A stretch of DNA of 64,000 nt, taken from Desulfobulbus sp. (GTDB lineage: Bacteria > Desulfobacterota > Desulfobulbia > Desulfobulbales > Desulfobulbaceae). Numbering within the stretch: the stretch's first letter is position 1; the number at the start of each line of letters is the position of its first letter. Positions 53,190-62,500 of the stretch are shown piece after piece. The notes below the pieces were generated by a model, which saw only the letters and a program-made list of their open reading frames with translations, was not told where the DNA came from and did not search any database. The DNA lies in contig QZJD01000054.1 of the NCBI GenBank assembly GCA_003604995.1, positions 9,692-73,691 of the forward strand. The letters are read 5' to 3'. The position numbers were made by a program, and so were the translations under genes.

Positions 53190-54490
53190 TTTTTGCGGAA
53201 ATCGAAAAATCGTTTCATTTTGCGCTCGCCCTCGCCGGTCATGGCGGCCATGACCTGGTCGATATCCCGCACCACCACCTCGGGCTTGACCCGCAGGCGT
53301 GCCTGGAGCAGGGTTTCAATCTCCCGCCCGTCGAGGTCGTCAACGCCGCCCACCACCACCCGGACCAGGTCCGAAAGGTCGTAGTCGGAGCGGACTTCCA
53401 GGTACGAGGCCCGGACGCCGGGCACTTCCTGGAGGAGCTGGAAGACGGTCTCCGGATAGAGGGTGGTGCCCTTCATCTTCAGGCGCTGGGCGACCCGGCC
53501 CTCGATGGGGCCGATCCGCTCGCTGTGCCAGCCGCAGGCGCACGGCTCGCTGTATTTTCTGGCGATGTCACCGGTCCGGAAGCGGATCAGCGGGAACCCC
53601 TCAACGCCCAGGGGGGTGAGGACCAGTTCGCCGGGCCGGCCGTCTCCGAGGGGATGCCCCTGCTCATCGATGATCTCGGCCAGGCACAGTTCCGGATGGA
53701 GATGGCCGCCGCATCCGAGGGGACATTCGCAGATGCCGGTTTCCAATTCGGTGGCCCCGTAGGACGCGCAGGCCGGGCAGTTCCACGACCTGGTCAGCTC
53801 CTCGCCCAGGGGGGTGAGGCGCAGGTCCGGCCGGCGCACCGGTTCGCCGATGATTACCAGTCTTTTGATGCCGGCCTCTTCCGGTCGGAAATGGTGCGCC
53901 CTGGCCCACTGGGCGATCTGGAGAAGGAAGGTGGGCACCCCGACCAGGACCGTGGGCCGCAGGAGGCTGATCAGCTCCCACTGCCGGGCGGGCTGGCCCG
54001 AGCCGCTGCGGATCGCCGTGGCCCCGAGGCCGACGATACCCTGGTAGTAGGCGAGGCCGGCGATGAAGCAGCGGTCCAGGGTGACGCAGACCAGGCAGCG
54101 GTCGCCGCCCCTGGTGCCGGTACCGTAAAAGGACATGGTTTCGTTGTAGGCCAGCCGCGCCAGGTCGCCCGCGGTATAGGGCACCTGCACCGGTGGGCCG
54201 GTGGTGCCGGAGGTCAGGGCCAGATCGGCCACCGCCTCGGGCGGCACCGCCCAGAGCGAGGGACCGTGGTGGTCCAGATCCTCCCTGGCGGTCAGAGGCA
54301 GACGGGGCAGGTCGGCAAGGCTTCTGATATTCTCCGGCGCAATGTTGGCCGCGGCCAGCCGGTCGCGGTAGAACGGAGCCTTCAGGGCATGGGTGACATG
54401 CTCCCGCAGCAGGCGGGCCTGGAGATGTTCCCGGTCACCGCTCGCCATTTCCCGCAGGCGGATTCCGGCAGCTATGGAATATTCGGTCAT
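53186..54490 (-). CDS. PaaK-like adenylate-forming ligase (phenylacetate-CoA ligase / F390-synthetase family)
   Basis: LTSGTTGPP (A3-like), YGATE, FRTGDI, and the C-terminal small domain. Start at ATG 54490 (alternative 54523). Confidence 0.8.
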   Translation of the reverse strand: MTEYSIAAGIRLREMASGDREHLQARLLREHVTHALKAPFYRDRLAAANIAPENIRSLADLPRLPLTAREDLDHHGPSLWAVPPEAVADLALTSGTTGPPVQVPYTAGDLARLAYNETMSFYGTGTRGGDRCLVCVTLDRCFIAGLAYYQGIVGLGATAIRSGSGQPARQWELISLLRPTVLVGVPTFLLQIAQWARAHHFRPEEAGIKRLVIIGEPVRRPDLRLTPLGEELTRSWNCPACASYGATELETGICECPLGCGGHLHPELCLAEIIDEQGHPLGDGRPGELVLTPLGVEGFPLIRFRTGDIARKYSEPCACGWHSERIGPIEGRVAQRLKMKGTTLYPETVFQLLQEVPGVRASYLEVRSDYDLSDLVRVVVGGVDDLDGREIETLLQARLRVKPEVVVRDIDQVMAAMTGEGERKMKRFFDFRKK

Positions 54491-54535
54491 GGCTGGATGT
54501 CGGTTTTTCGGACGGCCGGGCAACAGGACGGGTCG

Positions 54536-54940
54536 CTAATATCTTTCGCTGGCTATTTGCGCGTTGATGGCCTTTTCCAAGTTCTGGATCCAGCCGTTGT
54601 AGTTGTTGTGAATGTTCTTCCCGTCATAATCAAGGTCGGTGCTGTCCTTGTAGGTGATGCTGTAGGCGGACGGCGTATAATCGATGTCGACCACCGCGGC
54701 ATGAGATCTGAGGAGCAGAGTGCCCAGGATGTGCCCATCGCGGTCCGGGATCATTTTCCAGCCCAGGCCGTTGCCGGCCCTGATGATCGCTCCCTTGATT
54801 TCTTCGGAGGTCAGGGGTTTTTCCTGCGGCGCGGTGATGGATGCACCGTGTACATTGTAGATTGCCACGGTTCTGCATCCGGCAAAAAGGGTCACAGCCA
54901 GCGTCAGGATGGCGAGTACAAACAATTTGTTGGGACGCAT
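54536..54940 (-). CDS. small lipoprotein, unknown function
   Basis: ORF trimmed to ATG 54940 (GGAGAA upstream). Lipobox MRPNKLFVLAILTLAVTLFAGC. Confidence 0.65.
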   Translation of the reverse strand: MRPNKLFVLAILTLAVTLFAGCRTVAIYNVHGASITAPQEKPLTSEEIKGAIIRAGNGLGWKMIPDRDGHILGTLLLRSHAAVVDIDYTPSAYSITYKDSTDLDYDGKNIHNNYNGWIQNLEKAINAQIASERY

Positions 54941-55058
54941 GTTGTGTTTCTCCATTGAGTAAGAAATGAGAAGCAACCCGGTATGGACCGTGTCATAGCA
55001 AAAAAGAAAATGGCCGTAAAGCGGTTTTGTCTCGTCGCCGGGTCCGTTCGGGAATTCC

Positions 55059-55087
55059 TTGACAGGCCCCCGTGGCCAATGTATTGA
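55059..55087 (+). promoter_or_regulatory. sigma-70-type promoter candidate for the plus-strand half of the lipid cluster
   Basis: TTGACA-17 nt-TATTGA in the divergent intergenic region. Confidence 0.3.
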
Positions 55088-55168
55088 ATTTTAAAAGGTA
55101 AATTCACTTTCCCAAGATTGGAGCCCTGCCCGGCCGACAAAGACGGCTGTGTCGAACAGGAACCGGAC

Positions 55169-56065
55169 ATGACCATGGCCCGTCGCTGGTACGAGCAGAC
55201 TGAACGGGGGACCCCCTTTGCCCTGCGGCTGATCCGGGCCATTGCCCTGCATGTCGGGAGGCCGGCGGCAAGAACGCTGCTCTGGCCCATCGCCTGCTAT
55301 TTTTTTGTGCGGGCCGGTGAGCAGCGGCGGGCCTCGCGCAATTATCTCGCCCGCCTCCGTGGGAAACGGCCGGCCTGGTCCGAGGTGATCCGGCATATCC
55401 ACTGCTTTGCCGCCACCATCCTCGACCGGGTCTTTTTCCTCACCGACCGCTTCACCCTGTTTGACCTCCGCATCCATAACGCCGAGGCGCTGCTCAATCA
55501 TGCCGCGGCCGGCCGGGGCTGTATTCTCCTGGGTGGCCACGCGGGCAGCTTCGAAGTCCTGCGCGCCCTGGCTGCGGAGAGAAGTATTCCCCTCAAAATT
55601 CTGATGTATCCGGAGCACAACCGCACCCTGACCGGAGTGCTCCTGGAGCTGAACCCGGCGGTGCGCGATTCGATTATTCCCCTGGGCGATCCCTACGCCC
55701 TCATCGAGGTCAAAGAATATTTGTCCAAAGGCGGGATGATTGGTATGCTGGGCGACAGGGCAGGTCGGGGCGACAAGGCGGTCCGGTGCCGTTTTTTCGG
55801 GGCGCCGGCATCCTTCCCGCCGGGGCCGGCCCTGCTGGCGGCGGCCACCGGCGCACCGGTCATTTTTTTTGCCGGCCTCTACCGGGGCGGCAAGCGCTAC
55901 GATGTCTATTTTGAAGAACTCAATCCCGGGGTGACCGTGGCGCGGGGTGAGCGCGAGGCGGTCACCGAGCGCTTGACCCGGCGCTTTTCCGAGCGCCTGG
56001 AACACCATGTCCGCCTGGCGCCCTATAACTGGTTCAATTTTTATGAGTTCTGGGATGAGATGTGA
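55169..56065 (+). CDS. LpxL/HtrB-like lysophospholipid (lipid A-type) acyltransferase
   Basis: ORF trimmed to ATG 55169. N-terminal TM. GCILLGGHAGSFEVL (HX4E/D-type motif). Family resemblance to aryl-polyene-cluster acyltransferases. Confidence 0.75.
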   Translation: MTMARRWYEQTERGTPFALRLIRAIALHVGRPAARTLLWPIACYFFVRAGEQRRASRNYLARLRGKRPAWSEVIRHIHCFAATILDRVFFLTDRFTLFDLRIHNAEALLNHAAAGRGCILLGGHAGSFEVLRALAAERSIPLKILMYPEHNRTLTGVLLELNPAVRDSIIPLGDPYALIEVKEYLSKGGMIGMLGDRAGRGDKAVRCRFFGAPASFPPGPALLAAATGAPVIFFAGLYRGGKRYDVYFEELNPGVTVARGEREAVTERLTRRFSERLEHHVRLAPYNWFNFYEFWDEM

Positions 56066-56660
56066 TTGGAAGCGACTGCTCCTGCTGGCGCTTTTTCTGA
56101 CCTGCCTGCCGCTGCCTGCGTTCGGCAATCAGGAAGAACCCGGCCCGGCGCTGGCGCGGCTGATGGCCGATCTGCGGGCCGAAGCGGCCAAGGGGCGGAC
56201 GATCGCCTACCGCGAGGAAAAGCACTATGCTTTTCTTGAGCAGGACCTCAAAAGCAGCGGCTTCCTCTCCTTCCGGCCGCCGGACACCCTGATCCGCCAG
56301 GTGCTGACCCCGGAACCAGCCCGCTACATCATCAAAGGGCCGCGGCTGATCATGGAGGAAGAGGGCAGACCGCGCCGGGAAATCAATCTCGGGGACTACC
56401 CGCAGGCCGCCGCCTTCATCGAGGCCCTGCGCGCGGTGCTGGCAGGTGATCTGCTTGCTCTCGAGCGCCATTTCCAGGTGACCTTGCGCAGCGGCCACAT
56501 CCGTTGGACCCTCCAGCTTATTCCCCGCGATCCGCAAATGGGCAAGGTCGTGGAAGCCATTTCCCTGACCGGCCGGGGCGGGCTGGTGGGCGAGGTGCGG
56601 ACCAGCGAGGCCGGCGGCGATTATACCCTGATGGTTCTTTCCCGTGAGGCGGACCAATAG
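56055..56660 (+). CDS. LolA-like outer-membrane lipoprotein carrier family protein
   Basis: ORF trimmed to ATG 56055. Signal peptide MRCDWKRLLLLALFLTCLPLPAFG. LolA-like length and beta-rich sequence. Positioned between the acyltransferase and the exporter. Confidence 0.65.
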   Translation: MRCDWKRLLLLALFLTCLPLPAFGNQEEPGPALARLMADLRAEAAKGRTIAYREEKHYAFLEQDLKSSGFLSFRPPDTLIRQVLTPEPARYIIKGPRLIMEEEGRPRREINLGDYPQAAAFIEALRAVLAGDLLALERHFQVTLRSGHIRWTLQLIPRDPQMGKVVEAISLTGRGGLVGEVRTSEAGGDYTLMVLSREADQ

Positions 56661-58973
56661 ATGGCGCGGCTGCTCATCTGGCTCGTCCTTTTTCTCGGGT
56701 GCTGCCTGCTCATTTTCACCAGAGCGCGGGTGCAGTCGGATATCAGCCTTTTTCTGCCCGCGGCCGCGACTCCCAAAGAGGAGCTGCTGGTCAACGAATT
56801 GCGGGAAGGACCCGCCTCCCGGTTGATCCTCCTGGCCATCGAGGGGGGCGATGAGGCGAAGCGGGCGGAGAGCAGCCGCCGGCTGGCCGAGACTCTGCGT
56901 ACCTCCGACTTTTTTGTCCGGGTGGTCAACGGCCAAGAGACTGTCAGCCCGGAGGAGCAGGCCCTGCTGTTCCGCTACCGCTATCTCATCGGCCCGGAAC
57001 CGGCGGCGAACGATTTCCAGCCGGATACTCTCCGGCAGGCTTTGAACGAGCGGCTGCGCGATCTGCGCTCCCCGGTTTCCCCCCTGCACAGGCAACTGGT
57101 GGCGCGGGACCCCACCGGGGTGATGCTGGCCATGGTCGGCGAGGCGCAGGGCCAGTCCCAGCCGGCGAAGCGGTACGGGGTGTGGTTCAACGAAAGCGGG
57201 CGGCGGGCCCTCCTTCTTGCGGAAACCAGGGCCGGCGGCTTTGCCCTGGACCGGCAGGAAGAAGCGGTGCGCACCATCGAGGCCGCGTTTGCGCCCCTGG
57301 CCGCTGATCTGGGCACGGAGCTCACCCTGAGCGGTCCCGGCGTGTACGGCGTGCTGTCCCGGGACCTGATCCGGGGCGAGAGCAGCAGGCTCAGCGTGAC
57401 CGCGACTCTGCTCGTCTGTTTGCTTCTGCTGGCTGCCTATCGTTCGCTGCCGTTCGTGCTCCTCGGTGCTCTGCCGGTCCTGAGCGCGGTGGTCGCGGGC
57501 GTTGCCGCGGTGACCGTCGGCTACGGCGCCATCCACGGCATCACCCTGGCCTTCGGCATCACCCTCATCGGGGTGACCATTGATTATCCCCTGCACCTGT
57601 TCAGCCACCTGCGCGCGGATGAGCCGCCCCCGGCCACCCTTGCAAGGATATGGCCGACCATGTTCCTGGGGGCGCTGACCACCTGTTTCGGTTTCCTGGC
57701 CATGTTCCATACCGATTTTTCCGGCCTGGCCCAGCTGGCCGTTTTTGCGGTGACCGGCCTGCTGGCCGCCCTGTTCACGACCCGCTGGCTGATGCCGACG
57801 CTGGTCGCGGCGACCGGATCAGTCGACCGGGAACCGGCCCGGAAGGTCCGGTGGTTCGGCCATCCACCGTCCCTAAGCCGGGGGTCGCGCATGGCGGTTG
57901 TGGGGCTCGCTCTCCTGGCCCTGCTTTCCCTCATTTTCCTCAACCGCTCTCCTTGGGAGGATGACCTCGCCGCCCTGAGCCCGGTTGCTCCGGAGCTGAT
58001 CGCCCTGGACCGCGAACTGCGGGCCGAGCTGGGCGCTCCGGAAATAAGCCGGATGATCGCCCTGCGGGGGGAGAGCGCCGAGGAGGTCCTGCGGGCGTGT
58101 GAGACGCTGACGCCTGCCCTGGAGCGGCTGCGCGCGCGGGAGGCCCTGACTGGCTATCTGCCGCCCAGCCGGTTTCTGCCCAGTCCGCAGGCCCAGTCGG
58201 CCAGACAGGCGGCGCTGCCGGCGCAACCGGTCCTGGCGGCCGCCCTGGCCGAGGCCCTGGCCGACCTGCCCTTCAAGCCCGGTTTTTTTGCCCCCTTTGT
58301 TGAGGAGGTCGAACAGTCCCGAACCATACCCCCTCTTTCCCTCCGGGACCTGGAGGGAACGACCCTGGGCCTGCGGCTGGCCTCCCAGCTCATCGATACC
58401 GGCCGGGGCTGGCTGGCGATCATTCCGCTTGCCGGGGTGCGGGATCAGGAGGCGGTGGTCCGGGCGGTCGCGCAAGCGGGCGTGTCCGGTTTCGCCCTGA
58501 ACCTGCGCGAGGAAATGAGCCGGCTGGTCAGCGGCTTCCGGGATGATGCCCTGGTCAGTCTCGGTCTCGGGCTTGCCTGTATCGTGGCGGCCCTTGCCGT
58601 CGGTCTTCGCTCGACTGCCGGCGTCGTTCGCATTCTGGCGCCGGTCCTGCTCGCCCTGGGGCTCGATCTTGCCCTGCTTCTCTGGAGCGGGCAGCGCCTT
58701 TCCCTCTTTCACCTGGTCTCCCTGCTGCTGGTCCTGGGGATTACCCTGGACTACAGCCTGTTTTTCAATCGGTGCGGCGACGGCCCGGAATTTCGTTGCC
58801 GCACCCTATACGCCATCTCTATCTGCGCCCTGTCCACCCTTCTGGTGTTCGGGATGCTGGCCCTGTCGAAGGTGCCGGTGCTGGCCGCCATCGGCAGGAC
58901 GGTCGCCTTCGGCGTGCTGGCCGGTTTCGTCATGAGCATGGTGCTGGCGAAGCCGACGGAGGGGCCGGCATGA
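56661..58973 (+). CDS. MMPL/RND-superfamily putative lipid exporter
   Basis: 770 aa. Two bundles of ~6 TM segments, each preceded by a large soluble loop. Confidence 0.8.
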   Translation: MARLLIWLVLFLGCCLLIFTRARVQSDISLFLPAAATPKEELLVNELREGPASRLILLAIEGGDEAKRAESSRRLAETLRTSDFFVRVVNGQETVSPEEQALLFRYRYLIGPEPAANDFQPDTLRQALNERLRDLRSPVSPLHRQLVARDPTGVMLAMVGEAQGQSQPAKRYGVWFNESGRRALLLAETRAGGFALDRQEEAVRTIEAAFAPLAADLGTELTLSGPGVYGVLSRDLIRGESSRLSVTATLLVCLLLLAAYRSLPFVLLGALPVLSAVVAGVAAVTVGYGAIHGITLAFGITLIGVTIDYPLHLFSHLRADEPPPATLARIWPTMFLGALTTCFGFLAMFHTDFSGLAQLAVFAVTGLLAALFTTRWLMPTLVAATGSVDREPARKVRWFGHPPSLSRGSRMAVVGLALLALLSLIFLNRSPWEDDLAALSPVAPELIALDRELRAELGAPEISRMIALRGESAEEVLRACETLTPALERLRAREALTGYLPPSRFLPSPQAQSARQAALPAQPVLAAALAEALADLPFKPGFFAPFVEEVEQSRTIPPLSLRDLEGTTLGLRLASQLIDTGRGWLAIIPLAGVRDQEAVVRAVAQAGVSGFALNLREEMSRLVSGFRDDALVSLGLGLACIVAALAVGLRSTAGVVRILAPVLLALGLDLALLLWSGQRLSLFHLVSLLLVLGITLDYSLFFNRCGDGPEFRCRTLYAISICALSTLLVFGMLALSKVPVLAAIGRTVAFGVLAGFVMSMVLAKPTEGPA

Positions 58974-60403
58974 GGGTTCTTTTCGTCTACTCCAACCAGA
59001 TTGCCGATGTCCAGCCCGCGCCGCCGGTGGGGCTCAGTTATGTGGCCACCGCCGCCGAGGCGGCAGGCCACCAGGTCCGCCTGGTCGATCTCTTCCTGGG
59101 CGGCAACCGTTCAGGCCGGCTGAGGCGGGCGTTGCGCTCCTTCCGGCCGGAGGTGGTGGCGGTGTCCGTGCGCAATATCGACAACGTCATTGCCCAGCGC
59201 CTGGTCGGCCACCTGGCGCGGTTGCGGGAGCAGGTGGCGCTGATCCGTGAGGAAAGCACGGCGCTGATCGTCCTGGGCGGTTCGGCCATCTCCATCCTGG
59301 GCGGGCGGGTCCTCGACCATATTGATGCCGACCTGGCGGTGACCGGCGAAGGGGAGGAGGTCTTTCCCGAGCTGCTGGCGCGGATCGCAACGCAGGACGA
59401 CCCCGGCCGGCTGCCCGGCGTGTACGGCCGGGGCGGAGCGGACGGAGCGCCGTCGCTCCCCCGGCGCTGCGCCGCCTTTGGTCCATCCGGAATGGAACGC
59501 TGGATCAGTTGGCCCGGCTACGAGCGGCGGGGCGCAACCTGGCCGATCCAGTGCCGCCGAGGCTGCCCCCAGCACTGCACCTACTGCTGCTATCCGGCCA
59601 TCGAAGGCAGCAGCCTGCGCCTGCGGCCGGTGGAGGAGGTGGTGGCCGAGATCAGGCGGGTGGCGCAGGTGGCGCGGCCGCGTTGCTTCGAGTTCATCGA
59701 TTCGGTGTTCAATGTGCCGGAGGAGTATGCGTTCCGGCTCTGCGAGGAGATCATCCGTGCCGGGCTCCGCGCCCGCTTCACCGCCATGGGCATGAATCCG
59801 CGGGCGATGTCCGCCGGGCTCCTTGAATTGATGCGGCGGGCGGGCTTCAATTCCCTGATGGTGACCCCGGAAAGCGCCAGCGACACCGTACTCTCCCGGA
59901 TGCGCAAGGGCTTCGGCCGGGCGGAGGTCATCCGCGCCGCGGAGCTGATCCGCGCCGCCCGGATCCCTTCCCTCTGGTTTTTTATGCTGGGCGCGCCCGG
60001 AGAGACGAAAGAAACGGCGGAGGAAACCGTTTCCTTTGTCGAGGAGCACCTCGCCTTTGCCGATTGCCTGCCGGTGTTCACCACCGGGGTGCGGATCCTG
60101 CCGGGCACGCGGCTGGCCGAGGAGGCGATCTGCGAGGGGTATCTCCGGCCGGATCAGGACCTGACCGCATCGGTGTTCTATGTTTCGCCGCTGGTTTCGG
60201 AGGAGTATCTGCTGGCGCGGGTGAACCGGGCGATCGCCAGGTGTCCGGCCGTGGTCCATGCCGCCGAGGACCCGGCCTCCTCCCTGCCCGGCAGGCTTTC
60301 CAGCAGGCTGCTGCATCTGTTCGGCGCGGCGCCGCCCTACTGGCGCTTCTATCCGCGTTTTCTCTCCCTGCCATTTGTCCACAAATCCAGGAGCAGACAA
60401 TGA
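58970..60403 (+). CDS. B12-binding-domain radical SAM enzyme 1
   Basis: ORF trimmed to ATG 58970 (ATGA overlap). N-terminal Rossmann-like B12 domain MRVLFVYSNQ..PPVGLSYVATAAEAAGHQVRLVDL. CX3CX2C motif CPQHCTYC. Confidence 0.85.
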   Translation: MRVLFVYSNQIADVQPAPPVGLSYVATAAEAAGHQVRLVDLFLGGNRSGRLRRALRSFRPEVVAVSVRNIDNVIAQRLVGHLARLREQVALIREESTALIVLGGSAISILGGRVLDHIDADLAVTGEGEEVFPELLARIATQDDPGRLPGVYGRGGADGAPSLPRRCAAFGPSGMERWISWPGYERRGATWPIQCRRGCPQHCTYCCYPAIEGSSLRLRPVEEVVAEIRRVAQVARPRCFEFIDSVFNVPEEYAFRLCEEIIRAGLRARFTAMGMNPRAMSAGLLELMRRAGFNSLMVTPESASDTVLSRMRKGFGRAEVIRAAELIRAARIPSLWFFMLGAPGETKETAEETVSFVEEHLAFADCLPVFTTGVRILPGTRLAEEAICEGYLRPDQDLTASVFYVSPLVSEEYLLARVNRAIARCPAVVHAAEDPASSLPGRLSSRLLHLFGAAPPYWRFYPRFLSLPFVHKSRSRQ

Positions 60404-61728
60404 GCGCCGGCCGGATCCTCTTTATATTTCCCAAGTGGCCGCCCTTGGCCCTGTGGGGACATTTTCAGTACAAGTTTCCGCCCTTGGGGCTCCTCGCCCT
60501 GGCCGCGCTTACCCCGGAAGAATTCACGGTCAGCTTCATCGATGAGAACGTCACTCCCATCGATTTCGCCGCTGAGGTCGATCTGGTGGCGATCAGCGTG
60601 ATGACCCCCCTGGCCCCCCGGGCCTATGAAATCGGCGATGCGTTCCGGGCCGCGGGCCGTACCGTGGTTATGGGCGGGATCCACGTGAGCTGCTGCCCGG
60701 AAGAGGCGGCGGCGCATGCGGATGCGGTGGTGGTCGGCGAGGCCGAGGAGGTCTGGCCCCGGCTGCTGCGGGAGTGGCGGGAAGGACGGCTGGCGCAACG
60801 CTACACCGTCGGCGATCTGGTCAATCTGGACCAGGCCTTTCCACCGCCGCGCCGCGACCTGCTGGCGCCGCGCAGCTACCTGATCCGCAGCACAATCCAG
60901 ATGACCCGGGGCTGCCCCCATGACTGCGAGTACTGCTCGGTCACCGCCTTTTCCGGCCGCCGCTTCCGCCACCGGCCCCTGGACCGGTTTGTCGAAGAAT
61001 TTCGCTCCCTGCCCGACCGCTTCGTCTTTATCGTGGACGACAACATCCTTTCCAACCGGTCCATGGCCGAGGACCTTTTCGACCGGCTGCGGGGCACGGG
61101 CAAGTGGTGGGGCAGCCAGGTGACCATCAGCGTGGGCGACGACGAGGCCCTGCTGCGCAAGATGGCCCTTTCCGGCTGCAAGTCCCTGTTCATCGGCTTC
61201 GAATCCCTGGACCAGGAGAACCTGCGCCTGGTGGGCAAGAAGTTCGTCCAGGCCTCCAAGAACATGGAGCGGATCAAGCGGATCCAGGATCAGGGCATCG
61301 GCATCCTCGGTTCGTTCATCGTCGGCCTGGACCATGACCGGGAAGACGCCTTTGAAAACCTCTATGAGTTCATCACCCGGGCCAGGCTGGAGGCCTTTCT
61401 TCTTTCGGTGCCCACCCCCTTTCCCGGCACCAGGATGACCCGGCGACTGGAAGAGGAGGGGAGGGTGTTGAGCAGGGACTGGGCCAAATACGACATGAGC
61501 ACCGTGGTCTTCCAGCCCAGACATTTCCGTCCCGAGGAACTGCAGGCGCGCTACAACGAACTGAACCATGCCCTGTACGGCTGGTCGTCGATTCTGCGGC
61601 GGACCGTCAATTTTAAAAAGAACATGATCATCTTCGTTCCGCAGAATATCGGCTTCCGGAACGCCTGGCGGAGCCTGGCCGCCGAACAGGAGCGCCACCG
61701 GCGCCGGGAGGCGGGCAATGGCCGCTGA
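60400..61728 (+). CDS. B12-binding-domain radical SAM enzyme 2
   Basis: ORF trimmed to ATG 60400 (ATGA overlap). ILFIFPKW..PPLGLLALAALTPEEFTVSFIDEN. CX3CX2C motif CPHDCEYC. Confidence 0.85.
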   Translation: MSAGRILFIFPKWPPLALWGHFQYKFPPLGLLALAALTPEEFTVSFIDENVTPIDFAAEVDLVAISVMTPLAPRAYEIGDAFRAAGRTVVMGGIHVSCCPEEAAAHADAVVVGEAEEVWPRLLREWREGRLAQRYTVGDLVNLDQAFPPPRRDLLAPRSYLIRSTIQMTRGCPHDCEYCSVTAFSGRRFRHRPLDRFVEEFRSLPDRFVFIVDDNILSNRSMAEDLFDRLRGTGKWWGSQVTISVGDDEALLRKMALSGCKSLFIGFESLDQENLRLVGKKFVQASKNMERIKRIQDQGIGILGSFIVGLDHDREDAFENLYEFITRARLEAFLLSVPTPFPGTRMTRRLEEEGRVLSRDWAKYDMSTVVFQPRHFRPEELQARYNELNHALYGWSSILRRTVNFKKNMIIFVPQNIGFRNAWRSLAAEQERHRRREAGNGR

Positions 61729-62500
61729 CCCCATGGTCGTTGCCGTTATTCCCGCCTACAACGAGGCACGGCGGATCAGGGCGCTGGCGGAGCAGGTGCG
61801 GGAGCGGCTGGCACGGGTGATCGTGGTGGACGACGGCTCCACGGACGGGACCGCGGCCTGTTTGGAGGGGTTGCCGATCACCCTCCTGCGCAACCCGGTG
61901 AACCTGGGCAAGGGGGCCGGCCTGCAGCGGGGGTTTGTCGCCGCGCTGGAAATGGGCGCGAGCGCAGTGGTCACCCTGGACGGTGACGGCCAGCACCGGC
62001 CGGAAGATATTCCCCGGCTGCTGGCCGCGGCGGAAGCTTGGCCGCGTCGGATCATCATCGCCGCCCGCACGGGCAACAGGGCATGCGCGCCGCCGCTCCG
62101 CCGTTTTGCCAACCGTTTTGCCGATTTCTGGATATCCTGGGCCTCGGGCTGCCCGATGATCCGGGATTCGCAGTCCGGCTTTCGTCTCTATCCGTCGGAG
62201 TTGCTGCGCCTGCTTCCCCTGCGGCCCGAGGAGAGAAACACCTTTGTTTTTGAGAGCGAGGTTCTGATCATCGCCGCCCACCTGGGCTGGTACACCGAGG
62301 CGGTGGCCATCGATGCCATCTATCGGCCGGACAACACCAGCAATTACCAAGCCTGGGCCGATACCTGGCGGATCACCCGCCGGGTCGCCGGCCACCTGTT
62401 CCGCCGCGGAATGTATCCGGCCGGCCTGCTGCGGGTGCTGCGGGTGCTGCCGGACCCCCGGAAAAAAAACGGGCCGGCCGCGCGCGCCCCGCTTTCTTGA
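61718..62500 (+). CDS. family 2 glycosyltransferase
   Basis: VVAVIPAYNEA..VIVVDDGSTDGT..NLGKGAGL..LDGDGQH. Confidence 0.85.
   Translation: MAADPMVVAVIPAYNEARRIRALAEQVRERLARVIVVDDGSTDGTAACLEGLPITLLRNPVNLGKGAGLQRGFVAALEMGASAVVTLDGDGQHRPEDIPRLLAAAEAWPRRIIIAARTGNRACAPPLRRFANRFADFWISWASGCPMIRDSQSGFRLYPSELLRLLPLRPEERNTFVFESEVLIIAAHLGWYTEAVAIDAIYRPDNTSNYQAWADTWRITRRVAGHLFRRGMYPAGLLRVLRVLPDPRKKNGPAARAPLS

Noticed and set aside
56034-57710. Long antisense ORFs such as 56034..57710(-), 60349..61734(-), 6953..8095(+), 9139..10398(+), 18841..20166(+), 20388..21569(+), 24986..26080(-), 26679..27866(-), 38858..40030(+), 44088..45125(+), 46895..48415(+), 48088..49371(+), 51909..53384(+), 53525..54958(+) and 63348..63998(-).
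   Set aside because: Each lies opposite a gene with clear family motifs. Their translations are Arg/Gly/Pro/Ala-rich, low-complexity sequences typical of the non-coding strand in GC-rich DNA. No domains were recognised.
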